This document shows, one piece after another, positions 24,806 to 38,180 of a DNA stretch of 64,000 bases (positions are counted from its first letter, which is position 1; every line of letters starts with the position of its first letter). The notes under the pieces were generated by a model that searched no databases, was not told the origin of the DNA, and saw nothing but the letters and a program-made list of their open reading frames with translations. The position numbers and the translations under genes were made by a program. Source of the DNA: Chiloscyllium plagiosum (taxonomy: Eukaryota); NCBI RefSeq assembly GCF_004010195.1, contig NC_057754.1, positions 10,641,239-10,705,238 of the forward strand, written 5' to 3'.

Positions 24806-25089
24806 GGGCCGCACGGTAGCTCAGTGATTAGCACTGCTGTCTCACAGCACCAGGGAACCAGTTTGACCCCAATCTCAGGCGACTGTCTGTGTGGAGTTTG
24901 CACATTCTCCCCGTGTCTGCGTGGGGTTCCTCCAGGTGCTCCGGTTTCCTCCCACAGTTCAAAGCTGTGCATTAGTCGGGGGAAATGTAGGGGAGTGGGT
25001 CTGAGTGAGTTACTCTTCAGAGGGTCAGTGTGGACCTGTTGGGCCGAATGACCTGTTTTCACACTGTAGGGATTCTATGATTGTATGAT
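24806..25089 (+). mobile_element. HE1/V-SINE-type tRNA-derived SINE
   Basis: gggccgcacggtagctcagtg..ttagcactgc head with A/B-box-like motifs, ggagtttgcacattctcccc core and ctatgatt tail. Confidence 0.85.
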
Positions 25090-26430
25090 TCCAATCCAGG
25101 CCCCCTCAGTTCCTGCCTTATAGCATTGTAATTACCCCTCCCCCAATTAAATGCTTTCCCATACTGTCTGCTCCTACCCCTCTCCCGTATAGTAACGGTC
25201 ATGGAGTTGTGATCACTATCACCAAAATGCTCTCCCATCGAGAGTTTTGACACCTGGTATGATTTGTTGCAAGCACCAAATCCAATATGGCCTACCTACA
25301 TATTACATCAGGAATCCTTCCTGGACACACCTGACAAAACTGCTCCGTCCAAACTAAGTAGGTTCCAATCAATTATAGGAAAGTTAAAGCCATCCATGAC
25401 AACAACCCGATCACCTTAATGCATTTTGAAAATCTTCCTCCCAATCTTCTCCTCCCTGTCTCTATTGCTATTTGGGAGGCCTGTAGAGAAATAGAGTGAC
25501 TACTCCTTTCCTGTTTCTGAATTCCACCCATACTGACTCAGTAGACAAACCCTCCTCAACCACCCCCTTTCAGTGGCTGTGATACTATCCCTGATTAGCA
25601 ATGCCACTCTTTTACCTCATTCCCCTCCCCCCCCATTCCTTTTGAAACATCTGAATTCTGGAACATCCGACAACCATTCCTGCCCCTGTGATATCCAAGT
25701 CTCCATAATGGCCACAACATCATAGTTCCAAGTGCTGATCCATGCTCTGAATTCATCAGCCTTATTCCTGATACTTCTAAAATAGACACACTTCAACCCA
25801 TCACACTGACTCCACCTTTGCCTGACCAAGTGCCTATCCCTCCTCACAGACTCTCACACCCTCTATCTGGCTGTTCATTACTTACTCCAATCCTTTGATC
25901 CATAGCTCAGGTTCCCACCCTCCAACAATCTAGTTTAAACCCTCTTAAAGAGCTCAAACAAACGTCCCACCAGTATATTGGTGCCTCTCCAGTTCAAGTA
26001 CAACCCGTCTTTCTTGTACAGGACACACCTTCCCCAGAAGGTATCCCAATGATCCACATATCTGAAGCCCTCCCTCCGACACCAGCCCAGCAAACAGCTG
26101 CATTCACTCTCTATTCCTTGTCTCACCAGCACGTGGCACTGGTAGCAATCCTGAGATTGCTACGCTGTTCGTCCTGGCTTCTAGCTTCCAAACTAACTCC
26201 CTATATTCTCTTTCAAGTCTTCTTGCTTTTCCCTACCTATGTCATTGGTACTGATGTGTACTGGCTGCTCTCTCTCCCCCTTAAGAATCCTGTAGATGCG
26301 ATCAGAGACACCCCTGACCCAGGCACCTGTGAGGCAACACACAATCCAGGAGTCTCGCTTGTGACCACAGAATCTCCTGTCTGTTTACCTCATAATTGGA
26401 TCTCCTATCAGTGTTGCTCTCCTACTTGCC
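25090..26430 (-). mobile_element. CR1 ORF1 esterase/EN fragment
   Basis: GWCRREGFRYVDHWDTFWGR..YKKDGLYLN; LKCVYF..IRNKADEF; GDSDHN. Confidence 0.85.
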
Positions 26431-26439
26431 TGCACTAAG

Positions 26440-29360
26440 CCTTCTTCTAAACCTTTTTCTTTCTATATATGCATCCAAATGCCTTTTCAAATATTGTTAA
26501 TATACCCATCTCAACAACATCCCCAGCAGCTCATTTCATATGTGTACCACCCTCTGTGTAAAAAAAGTTGCCCCTCAGGTTCCTTTTTATACTTTCCCTT
26601 CTAACTTTAAACTGATGCCTTCTAGTCCTCGATTCCCTAACGCTGGGAAAAAAGACTCAGTCCATTCACTCTACCAATGCCTCTTGTGATCTTAAACACT
26701 TCCATAAGATCCCCCTCAGTCTCCTGTGCTCTAAAGAAAAACGTCCTAGCTTGGCTAACATTTCCCTGTAACTCAGATCATTGAGTCCTGGCAACATCCT
26801 TGTAAATTTCTTCTGCACTCTTTCCAGTTTAATAGCATTCTTCCTATAATAAGGTGACCAAAACTGAACACAATACTCCAAGTGCAGCCTCACCAACGTC
26901 CTGTATAACTGCCACATAAGTTCCCACTTCTATACGGAATGCCCTGACTGATGAAGGCCAGTGTACCAAAAACCTTCTTCACTGCCCTGTCTACCTGGGA
27001 CTCCACTTTCAGAGAATCGTGCACATGAACTGCGACGTCTCTCTATTTCATACTCTCCTTAAGGCTGTACCATTCACCATGAAACTCCTACCTTGAATTA
27101 ACTTTCCAAAATGCAAGACCACACACTTATCTATTTTAAACTCTATTAACCATTTCTTGGCCCACTTTCCCAGCTGATCAAGGTCCTGCTGCAATCTATG
27201 ATAACCTTCCTCACTTTCCATGATACCGCTATTTTAGCATCATCTGCAAACTCACTAATCATGTCTTGTACATTCTCATCCAAATCATTGATATAGATAA
27301 CAAACAGCAATGGACCCAGCACAGACCCCTGAGGTACTTCACTAGTCCCAGGCCTCCAGTCCAACAAACATCCTTCCACTATTACCCTCTGCTTTCTACC
27401 ATTAAGCCAATGGTGTATCCAATTTGCCAGCTCCCTCTGGATTCCATGTGGTCTAACCTTCCACGGTAGCCAACCATACAGAACCTTATCAAATGCCTTA
27501 CTGATTCCCTGTAGACTACGTCTACAGCCCAGCTCTCATCAACCTTCTTGGTCACTTCATCACAGAACAGTATGTAATGTTTGCGGTGTGATCCCCCACG
27601 CACAAAGCCATGCAGACTACTCCTAATCAAACCCTGTCTTTCGAAATACATGTATATTTCATCCTGTAGAACCTTCTCAAGTCACTTACTTACCACAGTG
27701 TGAGACTTCCTAGTTTGTAGTTCCCAGAATTTTCCTTGCAGCCCTTCTTGAACAAGGGCAGAACATTCGCTAACTTCCAGTCTTCCAGGAACTTACCTGT
27801 GGCTAACGATGGTGCAAACATATCAGCCAGGGCTCCCGCAATTTCTTGTCTAGCCTCTGGATATGTCTGGTCAGGACCAGGAGATTTATCCACCTTCATA
27901 CATTCTAACACATCCAACACCTCCTCTGCTGTGACACAGACTGTCCCCACGATATCACCACTAACTTCCCCAAGTTCCCAAATCTTCATTTCTTTTTCCA
28001 TGGTTAACATGAGGAGGAGATACTCATTGCGGATCTCGATCGTCTCCTGCCGTTCTATGTCCATTTTGGTCCTTGAGGGGTTCAAATCTCTCTCTGGTTA
28101 TTCTTTGTCCTTTCATATACTTAAAGACCTTCTTTGGATTCACCCCGATCTTCTCAGCTAAGGTTATATCGTGCCTCGTTTTCACCATCCTGATTTCCTT
28201 TTTCAGTTAGCGCATGTATCCTCGACATACCTCCAGGAATTCCCTTGATCCCAGCTGCCTGTCCCTGAGCTGAAAATGTGTTGCTGGAAAAGCGCAGCAG
28301 GTCAGGCAGCATCCAAGGAGCAGGAGAATCGATGTTTTGGGCATGAGCCCTTCTTCAGGACTTTCTCCTAGAAGATTTTAACCTACTGCAAATCCTCTTA
28401 CAAGGATGCCTTCCTTGAAGTAGCTCTCTTAAAACTTTCTCCTGTCTGTCCCTGAGCCATGCCGCCTTTTTTCTGGTGAAAGCCTCGATATCTGTTATCA
28501 TCCAGGCTTCCCTATTCTTGCCACCTTTGCCCTTCACCTTCACCGGAACATATAAACCTTGACCTCAAGCTATCACGCTTTTGAAGGTCTCCCACATAGC
28601 AGAGGTCCCTTTACCTGCAAACAACCTACTCCAATCAACCCCTGCAAGCTCCTGTCTAATTACAGCAAAATGTATGAATTTAGAACTTGAATCTGTGGAC
28701 CAGTTTTGTCCCGCTCCAAAACTACTGTAAAATTAATAGAACTATGGTCACTTGTCCCGAAGTGCTCCCCCACTGTCACCTCAGTCACCTGTCCTGCCCT
28801 ATTTCCCAAAAGCAGGTTGAGTTTTGCCCTTCCCGAGTAGGACCCTCTTATATACTGCTTGAGGAAACTTTCCTGAATGCACTTAGCAAATTCCACCTCA
28901 TCTAAGCCCTTAATGCTTTGGCAGTCTCAGTCTTTGTCAGGAAAATTAAAATCCCCTGCTATGACATTGTTAGTACTCCTGCGAGTCTCCCCAGTCTCCC
29001 TGCATATTTGTTCCTCTAATTCCCATTGACTATTTGGGGATCTATAGTACAACCCCAATAATGTCACCAGCCCTTTCTTATTTCTTAGCTCCACCCACAA
29101 AGCCTTACTGGATGAACGTTTAGTTATTTCATCTCTGACTACTGCTGTAATACTTGCCTTAATCAGAAATGCAACACCCCCTCCCCTCTTCGCATTACCT
29201 CTGTCCTGCCTAAAGCACCTGTACCCTGGCACTTTAAGCTGCCAGTCCTGTCCCTCTTTTAGCCATGCTTCTGTAATGGCTATAATATTCCAATCCCACA
29301 TATCTATCCACACCCTGAGTTCACTGGCATTAACCAGTCAGCCGTCTTGCATTGAAATAG
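26440..29360 (-). mobile_element. CR1 ORF2 (EN+RT), decayed
   Basis: ORF fragments 26666-29313 with [24 protein letters not shown]. Confidence 0.9.
28271..28445 (-). mobile_element. Short Penelope-derived element with degenerate hammerhead, inserted in CR1
   Basis: TSD ctgtccctgagc at 28259-28270 and 28446-28457. Minus strand reads CTGAAGA-a-gggc-tcat-gccc-AAAA-ca-TC-gatt. Confidence 0.75.
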
Positions 29361-30009
29361 ATCTATCACAGAACACAGGAGCTGGTGGGCATTCAGCACA
29401 GTGGCCGATGCTCTCTTCCTCTGGAGATGCTACTAATCTGTCCCAACTCTCTTGCCATTTGCCCAAAGACCTTCATATCTTTCCTTAAAATGTAACATTT
29501 TAATTTTTTTAAAGACATTCTGGTTTTGCAACCAATGTGATACTGAAGAATGGTGGTTTTGTATTCCTACACCTAAGCACATGTGACATCAAAATCTAAC
29601 AATCTTTTGAGAATGATAGCTTGAATCTGCAACCAGCTGCTGTCCAGACTGCTCTAGATGCTCAGAACGTGTTAAGTAATATAAACTTCACATTTTCACC
29701 CTGCATTATTTGCCAATTATCTGAAATTTGAATTCTGTGGTTAAAATTGTAACAACTGTTACCTCTCCACAAAATAGAAATCCACCTCAATTATGATTTA
29801 TTCATGGGGTATCGTCTTTGGTGCCCAAGCCAGTATCTAGTGTCCATCTTTATTTAACTTCTAGAACTATGGCACTTCATGTGCTGTAAGTACACCACAG
29901 TGCTATTTGGATGATGATCACTTGTAGTCTCACAATGCTCCCTAGCTCTGTAATTCCCTAGAGCCTTATCATCTTCCCTATGACTGTAACGTCCTGGATA
30001 TCTAGCAAA

Positions 30010-30262
30010 ACCATCTATCTCTGTAATCTCTGTCATTCTTAAATTCTTGTCACTGTAATCTCATCCAACTGCACAAAACTCCCATTCTCTGTAATCTCCT
30101 CCAGCCTCACAGCCCTCCCTATCTCTGTAACCTCCTCCAGCCTCACAGCCCAGCCCCATACCCCTCCCTATCTCTGTAACCTCCTACAGCCCCTACTGCC
30201 CTCCCTATCTCTGTAACCTCCTCCAGCCACTATTCCCCCTCCCGATGTCTGTAGCCTCCTCC
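30010..30262 (+). repeat. Degenerate minisatellite of about 36 bp, related to the 33-bp array
   Basis: ccctccctatctctgtaacctcctccagcc units. Confidence 0.8.
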
Positions 30263-31137
30263 TGGAGCTCTCTTGTCTCTGAATCAGGACAATGTAGGTT
30301 CACGCAAAGGTTCCCACTGGGGAACTGAGTGGATATTTCCAATTCTGCGGCTGCAGGGAAGTTCCTACCTCAGTGGGCATCCAGCTCAATGGCCCTCCAG
30401 TCTTCTGGCTCTATTCCTGTAGATAATGCTGACATAAAGATCAAGGCTCTGCAGGCTTCCCAAAGAATCCTCGGATACATCCCATCCATCAGGAAAACGT
30501 GATCCTCCCAAGGCAGTTTCTTAAGAAAGTCCTGGAAATAAAAAGCCAGGTTTAATAAGACTGGTCACCAAGCTGCTAGGTAGTCATTAAAAACCCAGTT
30601 GGTTCATTCCTAACCCTTTAAAGAAGGGAATCTTCTTTAACTGTTCTTGGCCCATATGTGAGTCCATTCCCTCATTATTATGGTTAATGTTAACTCATCC
30701 TTGGCCTTAAGAATGAAGAGGATCAGCCTGGCCAGTGATGTCCAGATGCTCAGAATGATGAAGGATCTCTTCGGGAGCATAATGAATCAAGCTGGTAAAT
30801 TTGGGGATGGGGTCATGTATAATCCAGTCTGGGTTGACAAGTCGCCAACTCCCTTCTCTTCACTATTTTATCATCTCAGTTCAGCAGCTTTTGGGGTCTT
30901 TGTTTCACTGACGTAAGCCCATGACCGCTTAGCTTCCCTTGCTGTTGTCTGAGCATCTTGCCTTTATGACCATCCACCATACAATGTTACAGCTCTGCCT
31001 GCATGCTATTCTGCTCTGGGTGTACAAGGTGTACCTATCCTGCATTTGTACGCTGCATAACTCATCATGTGTTTTATTGTTTAAAATAAACCAACCCACG
31101 GAGTTTATCAATGATGAGGAAGTGATTAGTGGGACCA

Positions 31138-31243
31138 GGCTCTATGCCTGTATTCCTGATGAAAGGCTTTTGCCTGAAACGACGATTTTACGACTCCTCA
31201 GATGCTGCCTGAACTGCTGTGCTCTTCCAGCACCACTAATCCA
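31138..31243 (+). mobile_element. Short Penelope-derived element with hammerhead motif, 14-bp TSD
   Basis: TSD gattagtgggacca at 31124-31137 and 31244-31257. Reads attc-CTGATGA-a-aggc-tttt-gcct-GAAA-cg-AC-gatt. Confidence 0.8.
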
Positions 31244-31591
31244 GATTAGTGGGACCATGCCATCCTGAATAGCAGTAGATGCTGCCTACCATGCTCTAAC
31301 ACTCAGCAAGCAAGTTCATCTCCAGCTGAAGCACACGGGCAACAGCCTTAAATCATGCTAAATGCATAAGACCACACTCAAAATCTATGTTTGTGACAGC
31401 ATCTGGGGGTTGAAAATATTGTTTGTTAATAAATCTACATTTAACACACTTGAGAAAAGTAAATGAATATTGTATGTGCCAGATCAACAAATGCAAAGGA
31501 AGGTCCACAGCATATTGTCAGAATGTCCATAAAATGTCTGAGTTTAACTGGGATGCAACAGAATTTAAAAGACTTAAATAGCACTCACGTT

Positions 31592-31900
31592 ATTAGATTA
31601 GATTACAGTGTGGAAACAGGCCCTTCGGCCCAACAAGTCCACACCGACCCGCCGAAGCGCAACCCACCCATACCCCTACATTTACCCCTTACCTAACACT
31701 ACGGGCAATTTAGCATGGCCAATTCACCTGACCTGCACATCTTTGGATTGTGGGAGGAAACCGGAGCACCCGGAGGAAACCCACGCAGACACGGGGAGAA
31801 TGTGCAAACTCCACACAGTCAGTCACCCGAGGCTGGAATCGAACCCAGGTCCCTGGCACTGTAAGGCAGCAGTGCTAACCACTGTGCCACCGTGCCGCCC
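31592..31900 (-). mobile_element. HE1/V-SINE, full length and young-looking
   Basis: Reverse complement begins gggcggcacggtggcacagtggttagcactgc; B box ggttcgattcc; (ctaat)n tail. Confidence 0.9.
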
Positions 31901-31904
31901 ACAC

Positions 31905-32262
31905 TGGAGTATAGGTAGTTGAGAGGTGACCTTATAAAGGTTTATAAAATCATGAGGGGTTTAGATAAACTGAATGACAGATGTCTTTTCCCTAGGGTTG
32001 GGGTGTTTCAATAATAGAAGGCATACTTTTCAGGTGAGAGGAGAGAGATTTTAAAAGGATATGAGGAGCAATTTCTTTTACACAGAGTATAGTTCGTGTG
32101 TGGAATGAACTTCCTGAGGAAGTGGTGGCTGCAGGTACAGTTACAATGTTTAAAAGACATTTAGATAAGTACATGAATAGGAAAGGTTTGGAGGGATATG
32201 GGCCAAGTGCAGGCAGGTGGGACTAGTTTAGTTTGGGATTATGGTTGGCATGGACTGGTTGG
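31905..32262 (+). mobile_element. CR1 3' end
   Basis: gtgaccttata..ggtttataaaatcatgagggg and tggaatgaacttcc motifs. Confidence 0.85.
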
Positions 32263-33401
32263 ACAGAAGCAATCCACCTTCGAGTGAACCTGAGATTTGC
32301 AAATTGTTCTCAAAGTTTGCTACAAAGTATGGTTCTTGGTCAGTACACATTGTGAAGGAGCACCAAGAGCCCACTATACTCCAGACCCCACCCAACGATG
32401 CAATTTTTCCACAACTCCCCTTCAGGCTGAGTAATAGCTGGGGTTTTGTTTGTGCTCACACTGAGCATATCCCATCCACTGGACCAGGAGGAATCTGCAT
32501 CATTGTTTTGACAGGTAAAAGAAACCAGGAATACCACCACGATCCACACACAATGGACGTTGTTCAAAAGTCGACAACATCCCTAGTCACCTATCAGCCC
32601 TTTCAGTTCTATCTACTCCAGTGTGGGCACACATCTTAGAATCATCCGTGAGGCTATTCAGCCCATTGAGTTTGCACCAATGTCATCACACAGAGAGTGG
32701 GGAGTCTGTGGGATTCTCTGCCACAGAAAGTGGGTGAGGATGTTTTTGAGGTGAGGTAGGCACTGTTCTTCAGGCTCAAGGTATCATAGGGCCTGGGGGA
32801 GAAAGCAGGAACGAGGGACTGAGTTGGACGGGAACGAGGGACATGATCAGCCATGATCATATTGAAAGAGGGAAATAGGCTTGAATGGCTGGATGGCATA
32901 CTCTCGCTCCTATTTTCTATGTTTCCATGTCTCTGACTAATAATGGAGGTAAAGAGGTTTGGTTTGGTGCATGATGGTGGTGGGAAGGAGTTGGGAGAGT
33001 GAGAATGTGGAGACTGGGTCACAAATTGTCATGACATAACAAAATGGCCAGTATAGGCTGGAAGGATGGAGTGGCCTACTCCTGCTCCTAGTGTCTGTCT
33101 GTTGGTAGAAAACTCAGTGACTGACAATTTTAAATGAGTGAGAATGGAATTTCTAATGAGTGGAGTGAACGTCACTGTTTAGCTTGTCTGAGCTGTACTT
33201 CGACTGTTTTAGTATCTTGTTCATTGTTAGCAATTGCTATGGTGATGATGACAGCTGTGTGTTGGTCCTTCAGCTACAGTTCCTTCTAGTGTCTCCATCT
33301 CTGCCACACCCCTTCTCTCCCCCTCCACCCACTGTCTCCACCTCCAGTCCCTCTCTTCCCCCCAGTCCCTCTCTCCTCCACCATTCCCTCTCTCACCCTA
33401 C

Positions 33402-34185
33402 CTCCAGCCTCACAGCCCTCCCTATCTCTGTAATCTCCAGCCTCACAGCCCTCCCTATCTCTGTAATCTCCAGCCTCACAGCCCTCCCTATCTCTGTAAT
33501 CTCCAGCCTCACAGCCCTCCCTATCTCTGTAATCTCCAGCCTCACAGCCCTCCCTATCTCTGTAATCTCCAGCCTCACAGCCCTCCCTATCTCTGTAATC
33601 TCCAGCCTCACAGCCCTCCCTATCTCTGTAATCTCCAGCCTCACAGCCCTCCCTATCTCTGTAATCTCCAGCCTCACAGCCCTCCCTATCTCTGTAATCT
33701 CCAGCCTCACAGCCCTCCCTATCTCTGTAATCTCCAGCCTCACAGCCCTCCCTATCTCTGTAATCTCCAGCCTCACAGCCCTCCCTATCTCTGTAATCTC
33801 CAGCCTCACAGCCCTCCCTATCTCTGTAATCTCCAGCCTCACAGCCCTCCCTATCTCTGTAATCTCCAGCCTCACAGCCCTCCCTATCTCTGTAATCTCC
33901 AGCCTCACAGCCCTCCCTATCTCTGTAATCTCCAGCCTCACAGCCCTCCCTATCTCTGTAATCTCCAGCCTCACAGCCCTCCCTATCTCTGTAATCTCCA
34001 GCCTCACAGCCCTCCCTATCTCTGTAATCTCCAGCCTCACAGCCCTCCCTATCTCTGTAATCTCCAGCCTCACAGCCCTCCCTATCTCTGTAGACTCCAG
34101 CCTCACAGCCCTCCCTATCTCTGTAATCTCTAGCCTCACTGCCCTCCCTATCTCTGTAATCTCCTCCAGCCTCACAGCCCTCCCT
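33402..34185 (+). repeat. 33-bp minisatellite, about 24 near-identical copies
   Basis: Unit ctccagcctcacagccctccctatctctgtaat. Confidence 0.97.
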
Positions 34186-34609
34186 GTCTCTCATTACTCC
34201 AACTTCATGAACATCTGAGGTATGTGCATTCCTCTAATTCAAGCCTGATAAGGACAACCCATTTTTATTTCTCCAGTTGAAGGCAGTTTCAGATTCCTCT
34301 CCCCGATCTTTAGAATTTCCATCTGAACCCCTCCACCTCTCTACCTCACTTCCCACCTGAAATGATTGACTCCGATGAGTCACCTCCTCTAATATCTCCT
34401 TCTCTGACCTGGTTTCAATTATTCGCTCAATATATCCCTATATTAATTGTATGCTGTACAGAAAAAGGCTCTGCAGCCATCAAGTCTGTGACAGTTAAAA
34501 ATACCCAATTAAATATTCCAATCCCATTTTCCAGCAGTTGGCCTGTAGCTTTATGAGCTTTCACAAGTGTGCATCCAAATATATCTCAAATGTCTCGGAT
34601 CATGTCTTT

Positions 34610-37600
34610 GGGATCCTTAGTCAGGAGGGGGAGGAGTCCAAGTCGTGGCCCACGTAGGCACCATTGACATAGATAGGAAAAGGGATGGGTATTTAAGGCA
34701 GAAATTCAGGGAGCTAGGGTGGAAGCTTAATACTAGGACAAACAGCGTTGTTATCTCTGGTTTGTTACCCGTGCCACGTGCTGGTGAGGTGAGGAATAGG
34801 GAGAGAGAGCAGTTGAACACATGGATACAGGGATGATGCAGGAGGGAGGGATTTGGATTCCTGGATAAGTGGCGCTCATTCTGGAGTAGGTGGGACATCT
34901 ACAAACAGGACAGTCATCACGTCAACCAGAGGGGTACCAATGTCCTGGAGGGGAGGAGGGGGTGGAGTTTGCTGGTGCTCTCCGGGAGTGTTTAAACTAA
35001 TTCAGCAGGGGGTCGGCAACCTGAATTGTAGCTGTAATGTCCAAGAAATTGAGAGTAGTGAGGTTAGGAATGTGGTTTCAAACTTGCAAGAATGCACTGG
35101 CAAGCAGGAAGGTGGTTTGAAGTGTGTCTACTTCAACGCCAAGAGCAACCGGAATAAGGTGGGTGAACCTGCAGCATGGGTTGGTACCTGGGACTTTGAT
35201 GTTGTGGCCATTTCAGAGACATGATTAGAGCAGGGACAGAAGTTGCTGTAGCAGGTTCTGGGATCTGGTAGTTTCAGTAAGAACAAGGAAGGTGGTAAAA
35301 GAAGGGGAAGTGTGGCACTGTTAATCAAGGACAGAATTATGGTGGCAGAAAGGATGTTTGATTAGGACTCATCTCCTGAGTAGTATGGGCTGAGATTAGA
35401 AACAGGAAAGGAGAGGTCACCCTGTTGAGAGTTTTCTATAGGCCTCTGAAAAGTTCCAGAGATGTAGAGGAAGGGGTTGCAAACATGTTTCCGGATAGGA
35501 GCAAAAGTTACAGGGTAGTTGTTATGGGGGCTTTAACTTTCCAAATATTGACTGAAAATGCTATAGTTCGAGTACTTTAGATGGGTCAGTTTTTGTCCAA
35601 TGTGTGCAGGAGGGTTTCCAGACACAGTATGTAGACAGGCCGACACGAGGGGAGGCCACATTGGATTTGGAACTGGGTAATGAACCAGGCCAGTTGTTAG
35701 ATTTTGAGGTAGGTGAGCACTTTGCTGATAGTGACCACAATTCGGTTGCGTTTACTTAAGCGATGAAAAGAGATAGGTATATACTGCAAGGCAAGTGTTA
35801 TGGCTGAGGGAAAGGCAATTATGATGTGATTTAGGATGCATAGGATGGGAAAGGAAACTGCAGGGAATGGGAACAATTGAAATGTGGATTTTATTCAAGG
35901 AACAGCTACTGCGTGTACTTGCTAAGTATGTACCTGCCAGACAGGGAGTAAGAGGTCGAGAGAGGGATGCGTTGTTTACTAAAGAAATTGAATCTCTTGT
36001 CAATAGGAAGATGGAGGTTGATATAAAGAAGGGACATGAGGGCTCAGTCAGGGTGCTTGAGAGTTACAAGTTAACCAGTAAGAACCAGAAGAGAGAGCTA
36101 AGAGGAGCCAGGAGAGGACATGAGAAGTCATTGGCAGGTCAGATCACAAAAAACCGTAAAGCTTTCTAAATGTTTAGATTAGATTACTTACAGCGTGGAA
36201 ACAGGCCCTTCGGCCCAACAAGTCCACACCGACCTGCCGAAGCGCAACCCACCCATACCCCTACATTTACCCTTTATTACCTAACACTAAGGGCAATTTA
36301 GCATGGCCAATTCACCTGACCTGCACATCTTTGGACTGTGGGAGGAAACCGGAGCACCCGGAGGAAACCCACGCAGACACGGGGAGAATGTGCAAACTCC
36401 ACACAGTCAGTCGCCTGAGTCGGGAATTGAACCCGGGTCTCTGGCGCTGTGAGGCAGCAGTATGTCAGGAATAAAAGAATGACTAGAGTAAAGTTAGGGC
36501 CACTCAAGGACAGTAGTGGGAGGTTGTGCATGGAGACTGAGGAGATAGGAGAAGCGCTAAATTAATATTTTTCTTCAGTATTCGCACTAGAAAATAACAA
36601 TGTTATTGAGGAGAATGCTGAGATACAGATTATTAAACTAGCTGGGATTGAGGTTCATAAGGAGGAGGTGTTAGCAATTCTGGAAAGTGTGAGAATAGTT
36701 AAGTTCCCTGGGCTGGATGGGATTTATCCTGGGACTCTCTGGGAAGCTAGGGAAGCGATTGCAGAGCCTTTGGCTTTGATCTTTATGTTGTCATTGTCTA
36801 CAGGAATAGTGCCAGAAGACTGGAGGAAAGCAAATGTTGTTCCCTCATTTAAGAAGGGGAGTAGAGACAACCCTGGTAATTATAGACCAGGGTGAGCCTT
36901 ACTTTGGTTGTGGGTGAAGTGTGGGAAAGGATTGGATTTATAATCATCTAGAAAGAAATAAGTTGACTAGGGATAGTCAACACGGTTTTGTGAAGGGTAA
37001 GTCATACGTCACAAATCTTATTGAGTTCTTTGAAAAGGTGTCCAAACAGGTGGGTGAGGGTTAAGCGGTTGATGTAGTGTTTTTGGATTTCAGTAATGCA
37101 TTTAATGAGGTGCCCATGGTAGGATATTGAACAAAGTACGGAGGCATGGTACTGAGGGTAATTTAGCAGTTTGGATCAGAAATTGGCTAGCTGAAAGAAG
37201 ACAGAAGGTGGTGGTTGATGGGAAATGTTCATCCTGGAGTTTAGTTACTAGTGTTGTACTGCAGTGATCTGTTTTGTGGCCACTGCTGTTTGTCATTTTT
37301 AAAAATGACCTGGATAAAGGTGTAGAAGGATGGGTTAGTAAATTTGCAGATGACGCCAAGGTTGGTGGAGTTTTGGACAGTGTGGAAGAATGTTACAGGT
37401 TACAGAGGGACATAGATGAGCTGCGGAATTGGGCTGAGAAGTGGCAAATGGAGTTTAATATGGAAAAGTGTGAGATGATACAGAGTAAGATTCCTGGCAG
37501 TGTGATGAGCAGAGAGATCTCAGTGCATAGATCCCTGAAAGTTGCCACTCAGGCTAATAGGGTTGTTAAGAAAGCATACAGTGTGTTAGCTTTTATTGCT

Positions 37601-38180
37601 GGAGGGAATGAGTTTCGGAGCCATGAGGTCATGCTGCAGCTGTACAAAACTCTGGTGCGGCCACACTTGGAGTATTGCCTACAGTTCTGGTTGCTGCATT
37701 ATAGGAAGGATGTGCAAGTATTGGAAAGGGTACAGAGGAGGTTTACCAGGTCGTTGCATGGTATGGAGCGAAGGTCTTATGATGAAAAGCTGAGGGACCT
37801 GAGGCTCTTTTCATTAGAGAGAAGAAGGTAGAGAGGTAACTTAACAGAGACATACAACATGATCAGAGGATTAGTTAGGGTGGACAGTGAGAGCCTTTTT
37901 CTTTGGATGGTGATGGCGAGCATGAGGGGACATAGCTTTAAGTTGAGGGGTGATAGATATAGGACAGATGTCAGATATAGGTTCAGAGCGTAGTAAACGC
38001 ATGAACGCACTGCTTGCAACAGTAGTAGACCCGCCAATTTTAAGGGTATTTAAATAGTCATTGGATAGGCATATGGATGGGAATTGAATAGTGTAGGTTA
38101 GATGGTCTTCAGATTGGTTTCACAGGTTGGTGCAACATTGAGGGCCAAGGGGCTGTACTACACTATTATGTTCTATGTTA
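34610..38180 (+). mobile_element. CR1 (ORF1 esterase C-terminus, EN, RT, 3' end), decayed
   Basis: HVGTIDI..SGLLPVP; LKCVYFNA; PEDWRKANVVP; SKFADDAK. Confidence 0.9.
36174..36460 (-). mobile_element. HE1/V-SINE, 5'-truncated, inside CR1
   Basis: Near identical to 31592-31900. Confidence 0.9.

Noticed and set aside
31825..31900. SINE heads as tRNA genes
   Set aside because: They are attached to HE1 body and tail sequence, so they are tRNA-derived SINEs.
33184..34218. Long ORFs of 344, 302 and 260 aa
   Set aside because: They arise from a stop-free 33-bp minisatellite; there is no evidence of a gene.
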